64,000 nucleotides of DNA from a bacterium (GTDB taxonomy: Bacteria; SAR324; NAC60-12), in the NCBI GenBank assembly GCA_965209155.1, contig OZ242383.1, positions 160,001 through 224,000 on the forward strand, read 5' to 3'. The notes beneath the pieces were generated by a model, which searched no databases, had not been told where the DNA came from, and worked only from the letters and a program-made list of their open reading frames with translations. The stretch's first letter is position 1; every line of letters begins with the position of its first letter. Below, piece after piece: positions 50,597 through 60,173 of the stretch. The position numbers and the translations under genes are program-made.

Positions 50597-52674
50597 TGGC
50601 AAAAGAACCGCTCTGGCGTCCCAGTCCTCAACGCATTGCTGAAGCCCAAATGACGGCCTATCGTGCCTGGCTCAAGGAACACAAGGGGCTCCATTTCGAT
50701 CATTACGAAGCCCTCTGGCAATGGTCAACCGAGGAGTTTGAAGCGTTTTGGGAAAGCATTTGGGAATATGGGGAGGTGATTAGCCATCGCCCCTACCAGA
50801 GGGTGGTCAATCAGCAAGAAATGCCGGGAGTGAGTTGGTTTGAGGGGGCCACGCTCAACTATGCCGAACACATCCTGGCCCCTGGCACTCAAGCAGAATC
50901 TGTGAATGCACCCGCGATCGTGGCTGAGTCAGAGACTCGCCCCCGCGTGGAAGTGTCCTGGCAAAGCCTGCGTGAGCAAACAGGCGCACTCACCGCCAGC
51001 TTGAAACAGCTTGGTCTCGAAATGGGCGACCGTGCTGTGGCCTATCTGCCCAACATCCCGGAAACGGCTGTGGCCATGTTATCTGTCAGCAGTTGCGGGG
51101 CAATTTGGTCAATGGCTTCCCCAGAAATGGGGATTGCCAGTGTGCTGGACCGATTCCATCAAATTGAGCCCAAGATTCTTTTCACCATCGACGGTTACCG
51201 TTACAAGGGAAAGGACTACGATAGGCGGGAAGTCGTGGTCGATCTCGTCAAACAACTGCCCTCGGTGGAAACCGTTATTTTTATTCCTTATCTCCATGCG
51301 TCCAATGAGTTGGACCTCAGTGCTGTGAGGGAAGGCAAACCGCCCCCAGTGGTTTCCTTTGCAGAGACCGTCAGCACACCTGCGAAACCTGATTTTACCC
51401 CGGTGCCCTTTGCTCACCCGCTGTGGATACTCTATTCCTCGGGCACCACAGGCCCGCCCAAGGCCATCATCCATAGCCACGGTGGAATCGTCTTGCAAAA
51501 TATCAAGTATATTAGATTACATTTAGACATAGGTCCTTCTGACCGTTTTTTTTGGTTTAGTTCCACCACCTGGGGCATGTGGAATTCTTTGATTACCACA
51601 CTAATTTCCGGGGCCACCATCCTGCTGTTTGACGGCAATCCCGGTTATCCTGATCTCAACACCCTGTGGCGATATGCCGAAAGAGAAAAAGCCACGTTTT
51701 ATGGCACCAGCCCCACGTTTATTTCCTTATGCAGGAAGGCGGGCATTACGCCTGGAGCAAGTTTCGATTTGAGTTCTCTACGGACCGTGGGTTCCACCGG
51801 CTCCCCATTGTCGGAAGAAGGGTATCGTTGGATCTATGAAAAAGTGCATCCTGATGTTCTACTGTTCTCTGTCACTGGCGGCACCGATTTTGGTGCCGGC
51901 TTCCTGAGCGCCTGCCCCATTCTTCCCGTCTATGCCGGAGAAATGTCTTGCAGAGAGCTGGGGGTGGCAACCTACGTTTATGATGATAACGGCAAGCCCG
52001 TGATGGACGAAGTAGGAGAACTGGTGATGACGAAACCAATTCCCTGCCTGCCTATCGGGTTTTGGGGAGATCCAGAGGGTCGGCGATACTATGAAAGTTA
52101 TTTCGACACCTTTCCTGGTGTATGGCGGCACGGGGACTGGCTGCAATTGATTTCCCATCCAGAGGCCGTCGGAGGCATTGTATTCGGCCGCTCCGATGCC
52201 ACGATCAACCGCCAAGGCATTCGGATGGGGAGCAGTGAGATTTATCGAGTGGTTGAATCCTTCCCTGAAGTGGCCGATTCCTTGGTGGTGGATTTGGAAT
52301 ATCTGGGCAAGCCCTCCTATCTTGCACTTTTTGTGGTCTTGACAGACCCTGAAGCCGCGCCAATTCCCAGCCCTGACGTCGCAGGCAAAGCATCGACAAC
52401 GGAGAAACCCAGTCTGAGAGACACGGGAATGCCAGAAATCCTACGAAGCGGAATCATGAACAAAATTCGCACCCATCTCTCGGCTCGCCACGCCCCCAAT
52501 GAGATCTTTGCGATTCAGGCGGTCCCTTATACGATCTCAGGTAAAAAAATGGAAGTCCCTGTCAAGAAAATTTTGTTGGGCAAGTCCGCCAATACCTCAG
52601 CCAACCGTGATTCCATGGGCAATCCGGAATCCATCGACTGGTTCGTTGAATTTGCTCGCGGTAGAAACTCTTGA
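50593..52674 (+). CDS. Acetoacetate--CoA ligase
   Basis: YSSGTTGPPKAIIH, STGSPL, WRHGDW, GRSDATINR, SGKKME. Confidence 0.93.
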   Translation: MMAKEPLWRPSPQRIAEAQMTAYRAWLKEHKGLHFDHYEALWQWSTEEFEAFWESIWEYGEVISHRPYQRVVNQQEMPGVSWFEGATLNYAEHILAPGTQAESVNAPAIVAESETRPRVEVSWQSLREQTGALTASLKQLGLEMGDRAVAYLPNIPETAVAMLSVSSCGAIWSMASPEMGIASVLDRFHQIEPKILFTIDGYRYKGKDYDRREVVVDLVKQLPSVETVIFIPYLHASNELDLSAVREGKPPPVVSFAETVSTPAKPDFTPVPFAHPLWILYSSGTTGPPKAIIHSHGGIVLQNIKYIRLHLDIGPSDRFFWFSSTTWGMWNSLITTLISGATILLFDGNPGYPDLNTLWRYAEREKATFYGTSPTFISLCRKAGITPGASFDLSSLRTVGSTGSPLSEEGYRWIYEKVHPDVLLFSVTGGTDFGAGFLSACPILPVYAGEMSCRELGVATYVYDDNGKPVMDEVGELVMTKPIPCLPIGFWGDPEGRRYYESYFDTFPGVWRHGDWLQLISHPEAVGGIVFGRSDATINRQGIRMGSSEIYRVVESFPEVADSLVVDLEYLGKPSYLALFVVLTDPEAAPIPSPDVAGKASTTEKPSLRDTGMPEILRSGIMNKIRTHLSARHAPNEIFAIQAVPYTISGKKMEVPVKKILLGKSANTSANRDSMGNPESIDWFVEFARGRNS

Positions 52675-52785
52675 TACCCTGCCGCCCATGGGTTTCAGGA
52701 AGGAACGGATTGGAAGAAAATGTAAAATGTCGTTTCTATGGTTCAATACTTCACATCCTAACGTAATGTGAGTTCTGGATAAGGT

Positions 52786-52880
52786 TACCCACCCCGTCCG
52801 CTCCGCGTCCACCCCTCCCAAGAGGGGATATGAAATTTTGCCTAGAAAGTCCCCTCCTTGGAGGGGATTTAGGGGTGGGT
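52786..52880. repeat. REP-like inverted palindrome pair
   Basis: ACCCACCCC..CCCCTCCCAAGAGGGGA and TCCCCTCCTTGGAGGGGATTTAGGGGTGGGT. Confidence 0.7.
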
Positions 52881-52956
52881 AAAAAAAAGGGAACTTCTCG
52901 AATCTACGAATTCTTTATTAATTTGAATAGGTATCCACCATGAAAGGAGAACAACC

Positions 52957-53835
52957 ATGAGCGATTTTGAATATATCAAGACGGACCACGTCGGTACCGA
53001 TGGACGCGTCGGCCGTATCACCCTCAACCGACCGGAGAAAATGAACGCGCTCTCCGAGGAGTTGCTGTATGAACTGAACGAGGCGCTCCACGACATGGAG
53101 GCCGACAGCGACGTACGCGTGATAATCGTGCGCGGCGAAGGCAGAACCTTCAGTGCAGGTTACGATCTCACGCCGTCGCGCGGGGGTGCGGACGCGGTCG
53201 TCCGCAGTCACAAGCAGCGAGACGCGAAAGATCGCCGGCTCCTGATGGGTCTCAGGACCGGCATGCAGCAGATCACCGATATCCACATGTATTTCTGGAA
53301 TATGGCGAAGGTTACCATTGCGCAGGTGCACGGCTATGCGATTGCCGGCGGCTGCGAACTGGCGATGATGGCCGATCTTGTCGTTGCCGCCGAGGACGCA
53401 CAACTCGGACACCCGGGAGTGCGCCTCGGTACCTCCCGAACCGGGGTTATCTGGCCACTCGTCATCGGCATGCGCAAGGCGAAGGAGTTGTATTACACGG
53501 GAGATAACGTCACCGGCAAGGAAGCGGAGGAGATCGGCATGATCAACTACGCTTGGCCGCTTGAGGAACTGGACGAGAGAACCCTCGCGTTCGCCGACCG
53601 GCTCGCGATCATGTCCGCCGACCATCTCGCGATCCTCAAGGTCAACATGAATCGCTTCTACGAGAACATGGGAATCTACTCGTCCGTGCGCAGCAGTACC
53701 GACCTCGACGCGATGGGACAGTGCACCGAGCGCACCTACCAGTACCAGGACATGATGCGCGAGCATGGGCTCAAGGACGCGCTGGCCTGGCGCGACGGAC
53801 CGTTCAAAGGTAGTGATACCTACAAGAAGAAGTAG
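52957..53835 (+). CDS. Enoyl-CoA hydratase/isomerase family protein
   Basis: LNRPEKMNAL, FSAGYDL, AQVHGYAIAGGCELA. Confidence 0.92.
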   Translation: MSDFEYIKTDHVGTDGRVGRITLNRPEKMNALSEELLYELNEALHDMEADSDVRVIIVRGEGRTFSAGYDLTPSRGGADAVVRSHKQRDAKDRRLLMGLRTGMQQITDIHMYFWNMAKVTIAQVHGYAIAGGCELAMMADLVVAAEDAQLGHPGVRLGTSRTGVIWPLVIGMRKAKELYYTGDNVTGKEAEEIGMINYAWPLEELDERTLAFADRLAIMSADHLAILKVNMNRFYENMGIYSSVRSSTDLDAMGQCTERTYQYQDMMREHGLKDALAWRDGPFKGSDTYKKK

Positions 53836-53845
53836 CTCGGAAAGG

Positions 53846-54779
53846 GTAGAGTAGCAGACAGGCATCGCACATTTAGACATGGCTTATCCGTTTCCGTCCC
53901 TTTCGTCTGACGGTGCCTAAATATCCAAATCGTGTGTGTTCCTCCAGTCCGCTCTCATCAAACCGTGCATACGGTTTTCCCGTACACGGCTTTCCGATGT
54001 TCTTCATGTCAAAGCATGCGCCTTCTTCCAAGGAGCTGAAGTCGGGAGTTTGTTCTTCCAGCCCAGCGAGAAATTCGCTCACCCCTTCTCCACTTTCTAT
54101 TGCGCTGAAACTCACCCTGTCAGTTCCGGGGGAGCCTTGATTGGCGCGGACAAGATGATAGGCATGGAGGAGAATGTCCGGCCGATACATCTTGTCATAG
54201 AGCGCGTAGAAGCGGAACTTGGAATCTTGCTTGGCTTTCTCATAGAGCTTCCTCTGCAACTGCCTAATCTTCTCTGGAGTTGTTAGCTTCATGGCAATCT
54301 CCTGATTCTTCGTGCGTTGGTTGCATGAACAAAGTAGGGGGCCTTTCCTCAGGATGAGTTCTGTTGTCTCACTCCCTCAAGCGGTATTATACCCCCCTCC
54401 GACTCCCCATGAGAGCGATGATGATTTCGTTGCCTTATACCTCACCGTTGAGTTTCTCAAGCTCATCTCATCGGGTCTCCGGCACTGCACTCACTCTTCT
54501 TCCACAGCGTGCCATCCCTGCTACCCCGGAAAACTCTCACGATGAACTCCGTTGTCTAGTTCGTGAGATAACAGCTTTCTCCATATGACCAGAGGATCAG
54601 CGTTTTCGAGTTATTTTCGAGGCTACCTATAGGTTCACTTTCGTTACGGCCCGTTGTTTTGCCTAAGGGAACTTACAACCCGGAATTACTCCCACGCTGC
54701 TCCCCTCGGCTACAAAGTCGTACGGATAATTACTTTGGTGGGACTTTAACCCACTAGAAGAGCGGTCGTTACCGCATAC
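53846..54779 (-). mobile_element. Group II intron with internally deleted RT ORF
   Basis: 5' GTATGCGG; domain V AAGCCGTGTACGG-GAAAA-CCGTATGCACGGTTT at 53960-53992; 3' ..TACTCTAC. Confidence 0.88.
54004..54292 (-). pseudogene. Intron RT/maturase remnant (N terminus joined out of frame to C terminus)
   Basis: KIRQLQRKLY..FRFYALYDK..VRANQGSPG.D, then KLPTSAPWKKAHALT* in another frame; no YADD. Confidence 0.88.
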
Positions 54780-54822
54780 GGTCAAGTATTAATTTGTCTT
54801 TTATTTTCTCGATTGAAATGAA

Positions 54823-55102
54823 GGAGCGGGTCGTGATCATTCGGCACACCATCAAAAATGCCCTCATTCCGGTGCTCACCCTGATCGGTCTGCAGTTGCC
54901 GATCCTGGTCGGAGGCGCGGTGATCATGGAGAACATCTTCAACCTGCCTGGGCTCGGTCGTCTCCTGGTGAATGCCCTCAATGACCGAGACTACCCGGTG
55001 GTCTCCGGAGTCAACCTCTTTTTCGCCACCGGGGTGGTGCTGCTCAATCTCCTCATCGACCTGATTTATCCCTATCTGGACCCGAGAGTGCGGTATGAAT
55101 AG
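54823..55102 (+). pseudogene. DppB-like permease 3' fragment (third copy)
   Basis: Near-identical to 36814-37093. Confidence 0.85.
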
Positions 55103-55225
55103 TCGTTATGCTTCCAGTAATTACAGTTTGAGATTCGTCTGTCAGAAGAAGTCCCTCCGGGACTGTATTATATAGACTTCTAGAAATTCATACTTCAGCA
55201 CTTCCGGGATTCTCAAGGAGACCCT

Positions 55226-55815
55226 ATGAGTGCACCCATATATACCCCTTTGTAGTTCAAGACACCGCACTTGCTGCCGACCTCGATACCGTGGGCGGCA
55301 AGGGGTTGTAGTGAGCACGAATGATGGCCGCCGAATTTCCAATCCCCGCAGGCTTTACGGTCACGACAGCCGCATACCGGCAGTTCGTTTCTGACAACGA
55401 CCTTCAGCAGGCTATCATCGATCAGGCAAAACCGGAACTCGTGGGCACAGCGGTGTCTTTCGATTCCGCCTCGCAACAAATCCAGGCGTTGTTTGCCAAA
55501 AACGATCTGGGTGATGCACTGAAGGTGCAAATCGCGGAGGCCTATGCCGCCATGGGCGACGGCGAACCACCGGTTGACGTGCGTTCCTCGGCCTATGCGG
55601 AAGACCTGCCGGATCTGTCGTTCGCCGGGCAGCAGGACACCTATCTCAACATACGCGGTAGCGATTCGGTGTTCGAGGCGGTACGCGACTGTTGGGCATC
55701 GTTGTGGACCGCACGGGCCCTCAGTTACCGGCATGAACATGCCATCGCCCAGGAGGCGGTTGCCATGGCGGTGGTGGTGCAGGAGATGGTGCCCTCCGAA
55801 GTTTCCGGCATCCTC
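55226..55815 (+). pseudogene. PEP synthase/PPDK N-terminal fragment (second copy)
   Basis: Near-identical to 34801-35389, with additional stop and indels. Confidence 0.85.
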
Positions 55816-55839
55816 GTAGAAAGGCGAAAACAGAATACG

Positions 55840-56718
55840 CTAATCCTTTTCATTTTTTTGGGGGGCAATGGCTCGACTTTGTTTTTGCTCCTTTTCCAGA
55901 TACTTCTGAATCTCTTCCAGAGAAAACCGTTTGAGGATCTCATCGGTTGAAAACCGTTTGAGGATCTCATCGGTCGAAAGCCGTTTGAGGATCTCATCGG
56001 TCGAAAGCCGTTTGAGGATCTCATCGGTTGAAAGCCCTTTCAGGCGATCATCGGTTGACAGTACGCCTAAATGATCACGCACATAATCTTTTTGAAAATC
56101 TTCCATCGTGTAGGTCATTTCTAATCCTTCCAAGTGATAATTCTCAAAGAGTTGATTCAATATGGTGCTGATTTCCCGGGTATGCCCACGGTATTGACGC
56201 GAGGCAAACTCCACTTCTCCGGGAATCCCACTGAATAAATGCCAAATCGCATTATGTTCCGCATGAGCGATCTCACTCAGTACAATCATCCGAATGAGAT
56301 CACTCCCCCGCTGAATCTCATAGACGCCCTCTTGGATCGCCTGGAACTCCACCTGGGAAGCGAGTTTCTGCGGATAGCGGGAACTCACGCCAAAGAGTTG
56401 AAATTCCTCTTCCGGTAACAGGTTTTGAAATGAGGGACTGATCTGTTTGCGATAATTCACATAATGCCCGGTCAATTCTTTCAGGGCCCAATCGTCAAAG
56501 GGTTCTCTCAATGATTTGTAGCTTAGCAAATTATAATGCCTCAGATTGTCCAAGCCATCCGGTAAGAGTTCAATCGGATTGCCTGTTTCTTTCCTCAAAA
56601 TGACGACATCCAGCAGCTGTCTTTTGAGAGACAGATCCTTTTCCAACTCTACAACCCAGGTGGAATCGGTAAAAAAATCGGTAAGCGCCAAGCCAAAGAG
56701 GCGATGCCAGTTGATCAT
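55840..56718 (-). CDS. Rpn/PD-(D/E)XK-like protein with C-terminal 9 aa repeats
   Basis: E..L....LDVVI, SYKS, GHYVNYRK; (L/F)STDEILKR repeats (27 bp); start may be 56730. Confidence 0.7.
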   Translation of the reverse strand: MINWHRLFGLALTDFFTDSTWVVELEKDLSLKRQLLDVVILRKETGNPIELLPDGLDNLRHYNLLSYKSLREPFDDWALKELTGHYVNYRKQISPSFQNLLPEEEFQLFGVSSRYPQKLASQVEFQAIQEGVYEIQRGSDLIRMIVLSEIAHAEHNAIWHLFSGIPGEVEFASRQYRGHTREISTILNQLFENYHLEGLEMTYTMEDFQKDYVRDHLGVLSTDDRLKGLSTDEILKRLSTDEILKRLSTDEILKRFSTDEILKRFSLEEIQKYLEKEQKQSRAIAPQKNEKD

Positions 56719-57097
56719 TTTCCTTATCATTGGCTGCATGACAAAATACATTGGATTGTCATTCTACTATGCCAACCTATAGAAAAACGAACAAGTGCGA
56801 ATTGTTTTTGAAAAGGAAATTCTTTCTTTCTATAACTATTCAGGTCTCTTCCGAGAACCCATCGATTTAAGCACAGGTTTTGCGTGGCATAGAGTCCGGA
56901 AAGGACTTTATGCTCTCGAATGTTCAAAAATATATTGATTCCCTGATACCTGTTGTTTTTCTGTAGGCGGGATCTTCGCTCGTGCCTGGATCAACAGCGA
57001 TTTAAAGGCAGAAATATTGGGAAAGTAATGAGCCCATCGGGGAATGGAGCAATCTCATTCCCCGATTATGAAATGAAGTCGAAATAATCCCTAAATT

Positions 57098-57232
57098 TTC
57101 GGCGACGCTCTCAGGGATTTGCTCGACCCCCGGTTGCGGGGCGCTGCAGGGTCCTATAGCGGGTCTCAGGCGAGGTCTCGCCTAAAGAGAGCTTCAAGAT
57201 TTTTGGAACAAACAAAGTTGAGAGAATACTAG
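57098..57232 (+). pseudogene. DppC-like permease C-terminal remnant
   Basis: FGDALRDLLDPRLRG...*. Confidence 0.7.
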
Positions 57233-57250
57233 AAAGAATAGGAGAAACCT

Positions 57251-57349
57251 ATGAAGATTATAGTCACCGGCGGGACGGGTCGCATTGGGGCCAATTTGAT
57301 CAAACAACTGTTGGCCAAAGGACATGAAATTCGTAAGAGACACCCATGA
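57251..57349 (+). pseudogene. NAD-dependent epimerase N-terminal remnant
   Basis: AGGAG RBS, MKIIVTGGTGRIGANLIKQLLAKGHEIR, then stop. Confidence 0.75.
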
Positions 57350-57505
57350 AGACCTGGAGCGGGGAGAAGCTTTGCGAAATGTAGTTTTTTTTAGATTGCT
57401 CCTCAGAATGGTTAGCGTATCCCGGATAAATAATCTTTTAATCACATTTTATATTTGTTATCTTATTCCTTGATTTTTCTCTATTTTCGTATGTGAGGTA
57501 GTAAC

Positions 57506-57680
57506 ATGAGTGACATGTTTGATCTCACCGGAAAGGTGGCCATCGTTACCAGCGGGGACGGCTGTGTTTCTCGCCTCCCCGGCTTCTGACTTCGTTTCGG
57601 GAACGTTCATCAACATTGACGGGGGTCTGAAGGCCGGCGACAAGGGGTGGCCAAAACCAGACCAACCGGCTGGGGAATGA
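57506..57680 (+). pseudogene. SDR oxidoreductase with central deletion
   Basis: MSDMFDLTGKVAIVTSG joined out of frame to TAVFLASPASDFVSGTFINIDGG. Confidence 0.8.
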
Positions 57681-57881
57681 CTTCAGAAGGTGAGGTAACG
57701 GCAAGCTCATCAGTACCTACCCACCGAGGAGTGAGGGAGCTGAAAGAAACTCCGATTTTGATGCAAATTTGAATGTTTGGTCGAACGGGACTTTCACATA
57801 CTGGGCGTTTCGTTCCCGACCACCTTTCAGGGTGAACAAGATCAGGTGACGGGCAACTTTTGAGAATAGAAAGGAAAGAGT

Positions 57882-58772
57882 ATGAGTATTCAGATTGGCG
57901 CGTTTTTTCCGACCAATGACCTGCCGGCCGACCACGTCGCGATCCGCGATTGGGCCCAGGCGGCAGAGGCGATCGGCTTCGATTTTGTTGTGGTCTCGGA
58001 CCACGTCCTCGGGGCTGACTGGTCAGCGCTATCCAACTTTGATGAATCTTTGGTTAAAGCAAATGGTAGTTACGATGTGGATGACTCGTTCCATGAAATC
58101 TTTGTGACCATGGCGTACATTGCGGCGGTGACCGAGCGGGTCGGCCTCGCCAGCGGGATCTTGATTCTACCGCAACGGCAAACCGCCCTGGTTGCCAAAC
58201 AAGCGGCCCAGCTCGATATCGTCTCCGGCGGCCGGTTGCGCCTGGGAATTGGGGTGGGGTGGAACCCCGTCGAATATGAGGCGCTGAGTCAGGACTGGCG
58301 CGCGCGGGGGCGTCGCCAGGCGGAGCAGATCGAACTGATGAACCAGCTCTGGACCAACCGCACGGTCACGTTTGAGGGCGAGTTCGATCGGGTGCGCCAC
58401 GCGGGGATCAAGCCCCTACCGATTCAACAGCCGATTCCGATTTGGTTTGGCGGTGAAGCGGAGCCGGTATTGAGACGCGCTGCGAAATACGGCCAGGGAT
58501 GGCTTCCACGGTTTCGGCCGGACGAGCAGCTGGAAGGTCCCCTGGAACGCCTACATACCTATCTACAGGCCGAGGGGCGGGAGCCAAGCACATTTGGTCT
58601 CGATGGCTGGGTGCGCAGTAACATAGGTGGACCAGACCAATGGCAGACGGAGGCCGAGCGCTGGGTGAGTGTTGGAGCCACTCATGTAACGTTTTACACC
58701 TCGAAGCTAGGCATTGGCGCGGTAGAGCAACAAATTGAGGCCATGAACCAATTCTACGATGCCGTGCGATGA
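57882..58772 (+). CDS. Luciferase-like monooxygenase class, probable F420-dependent oxidoreductase
   Basis: DHVLG, ILILPQRQTALVAKQAA, SGGRLRLGIGVGW, PIWFGG. Confidence 0.9.
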   Translation: MSIQIGAFFPTNDLPADHVAIRDWAQAAEAIGFDFVVVSDHVLGADWSALSNFDESLVKANGSYDVDDSFHEIFVTMAYIAAVTERVGLASGILILPQRQTALVAKQAAQLDIVSGGRLRLGIGVGWNPVEYEALSQDWRARGRRQAEQIELMNQLWTNRTVTFEGEFDRVRHAGIKPLPIQQPIPIWFGGEAEPVLRRAAKYGQGWLPRFRPDEQLEGPLERLHTYLQAEGREPSTFGLDGWVRSNIGGPDQWQTEAERWVSVGATHVTFYTSKLGIGAVEQQIEAMNQFYDAVR

Positions 58773-59010
58773 GAACCGAGTTTATCTTTTACGCTTACCA
58801 ACCGCCCATGTTCAGGCCCTTCGAGAACTATCCGATGTCGTTGCTTGCTGAGGTGTATGAGGAAGCCTCCCAAAAGCTTCTCGATCTCCTGGGCTTCAAG
58901 GTCTGGTTCGGCATTGGCCACCGGGGCGACCACAATGCGAAGCGCATCTCGCGCGACAGACCGATCATCGGGGAGCTGAAACCGTGAGCGAGGCCTGGGC
59001 ATGAGAACTC

Positions 59011-59268
59011 ATGGAACATAATATCACGGTGAACAGTGTTTCCCCTTTCGCCACTACTCCTGGAGGGGATCTTTTTGTGAAGCACATACAAAAAGGTGAG
59101 TCAAATGCTTTTAAAAAGCTTCCTCCCAGCACTCCTAAATTGTATAGAAAAACGGGCAAAGGGACACCTGAGGAAATGGCTGCGGCTGTGGCTTTCTTTG
59201 CCTCGGACGAAGCCAGCTATATTACCGGCCAGACCATCAGTGTGAATGGGGGGAGGTTTATGTTTTGA
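59011..59268 (+). pseudogene. SDR oxidoreductase C-terminal remnant
   Basis: ITVNSVSP, GTPEEMA, ASYITGQTISVNGG; no N-terminal Rossmann motif. Confidence 0.8.
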
Positions 59269-59311
59269 GAAGGAGAGCTTTAGTTATTTTAATTTGCAGA
59301 GGGTAGTCCGC

Positions 59312-59935
59312 TCAATTTTCTTCATCGTCAAAGCGGTTGGGTCCTTCGGTTCCTTCGAATAAAAGTTGAAGAAAAAAGATAAATATATTGACGATTGGAA
59401 TCAAGTAAAGAAGGGTGAGCCATCCCGATTTTCCCATGTCATGAAAGCGTTTGATCGAAAGAACAATCAGAGCATAAAAAACCACCAAACTGAGAATTCC
59501 AAGAGGTCGGAATCCTAAAGAAGAAATGGAGGCCAGAATTCCTTGAACAAATGTGGTTGTGATGAGAGACAACGCAAATACACTTCTTCCAATCCGGCCC
59601 CTGGGGGAAAAGAACAAGGTTGTTAAGCGGTCAAAGAGACTGGGTTCAACGTTTTTACTTTGTTGCCCGGCAAGAGAGTTTGACTCTTCTTGCTCTACCT
59701 CCAAAATAATGCTTTGAATTTCCGCTTTTGAAAGTTTGTAAGTTTCTCGAATGGCCTCAATTTTATCTTGCCATTCCAAATTGCGTGTTCTCATATTTTC
59801 ATGTTCTTCCGCTTTCTGCCGGATGCGCTCGAGATAGGCTTCCTCCATTTGCTCTTGAAATTGCGACCTCTCTTCACGTTGTTTTTCATATTCTTCCGCT
59901 TTTTGGCGGATTCGTTCCAGAAAGGGAGTCTCCAT
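59312..59935 (-). CDS. DUF805 membrane protein with coiled-coil N terminus
   Basis: GRIGR, KRFHDMGKSGW, GTEGPNRF; LERIRQKAEE repeated twice. Confidence 0.85.
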   Translation of the reverse strand: METPFLERIRQKAEEYEKQREERSQFQEQMEEAYLERIRQKAEEHENMRTRNLEWQDKIEAIRETYKLSKAEIQSIILEVEQEESNSLAGQQSKNVEPSLFDRLTTLFFSPRGRIGRSVFALSLITTTFVQGILASISSLGFRPLGILSLVVFYALIVLSIKRFHDMGKSGWLTLLYLIPIVNIFIFFLQLLFEGTEGPNRFDDEEN

Positions 59936-60173
59936 GAGATCTTTTCTATAACCGGATTTACTGTTATTGTGGATATCGATTGGATACTATATTTTAATGA
60001 TTAAAGATGATCAAGGGAAGTAGAAGTAGTGGATTATTCTTCACCGTCCTACCATGCTATTTTCATTTTTAATACTTTGTAATATTTCATATTGGAAAAA
60101 GACCAATAAATGATATTTTTTTTGCGAAGAGATTTTCACAATCGAACCCAATAATCAGTGATAGAGGTGTAAT

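Noticed and set aside
52918..53880. 320 aa antisense ORF and similar long shadow ORFs (e.g. 25442, 34886, 48199)
   Set aside because: Opposite-strand or alternate-frame shadows of well-supported GC-rich genes, with no motifs
8794..54292. Diversity-generating retroelement (Avd-like gene plus RT)
   Set aside because: The RT is a distant group II intron remnant without a catalytic core, and I saw no template/variable repeat pair with adenine-specific differences
55924..56035. CRISPR-like 27 bp repeats
   Set aside because: Contiguous in-frame coding repeats with no spacers
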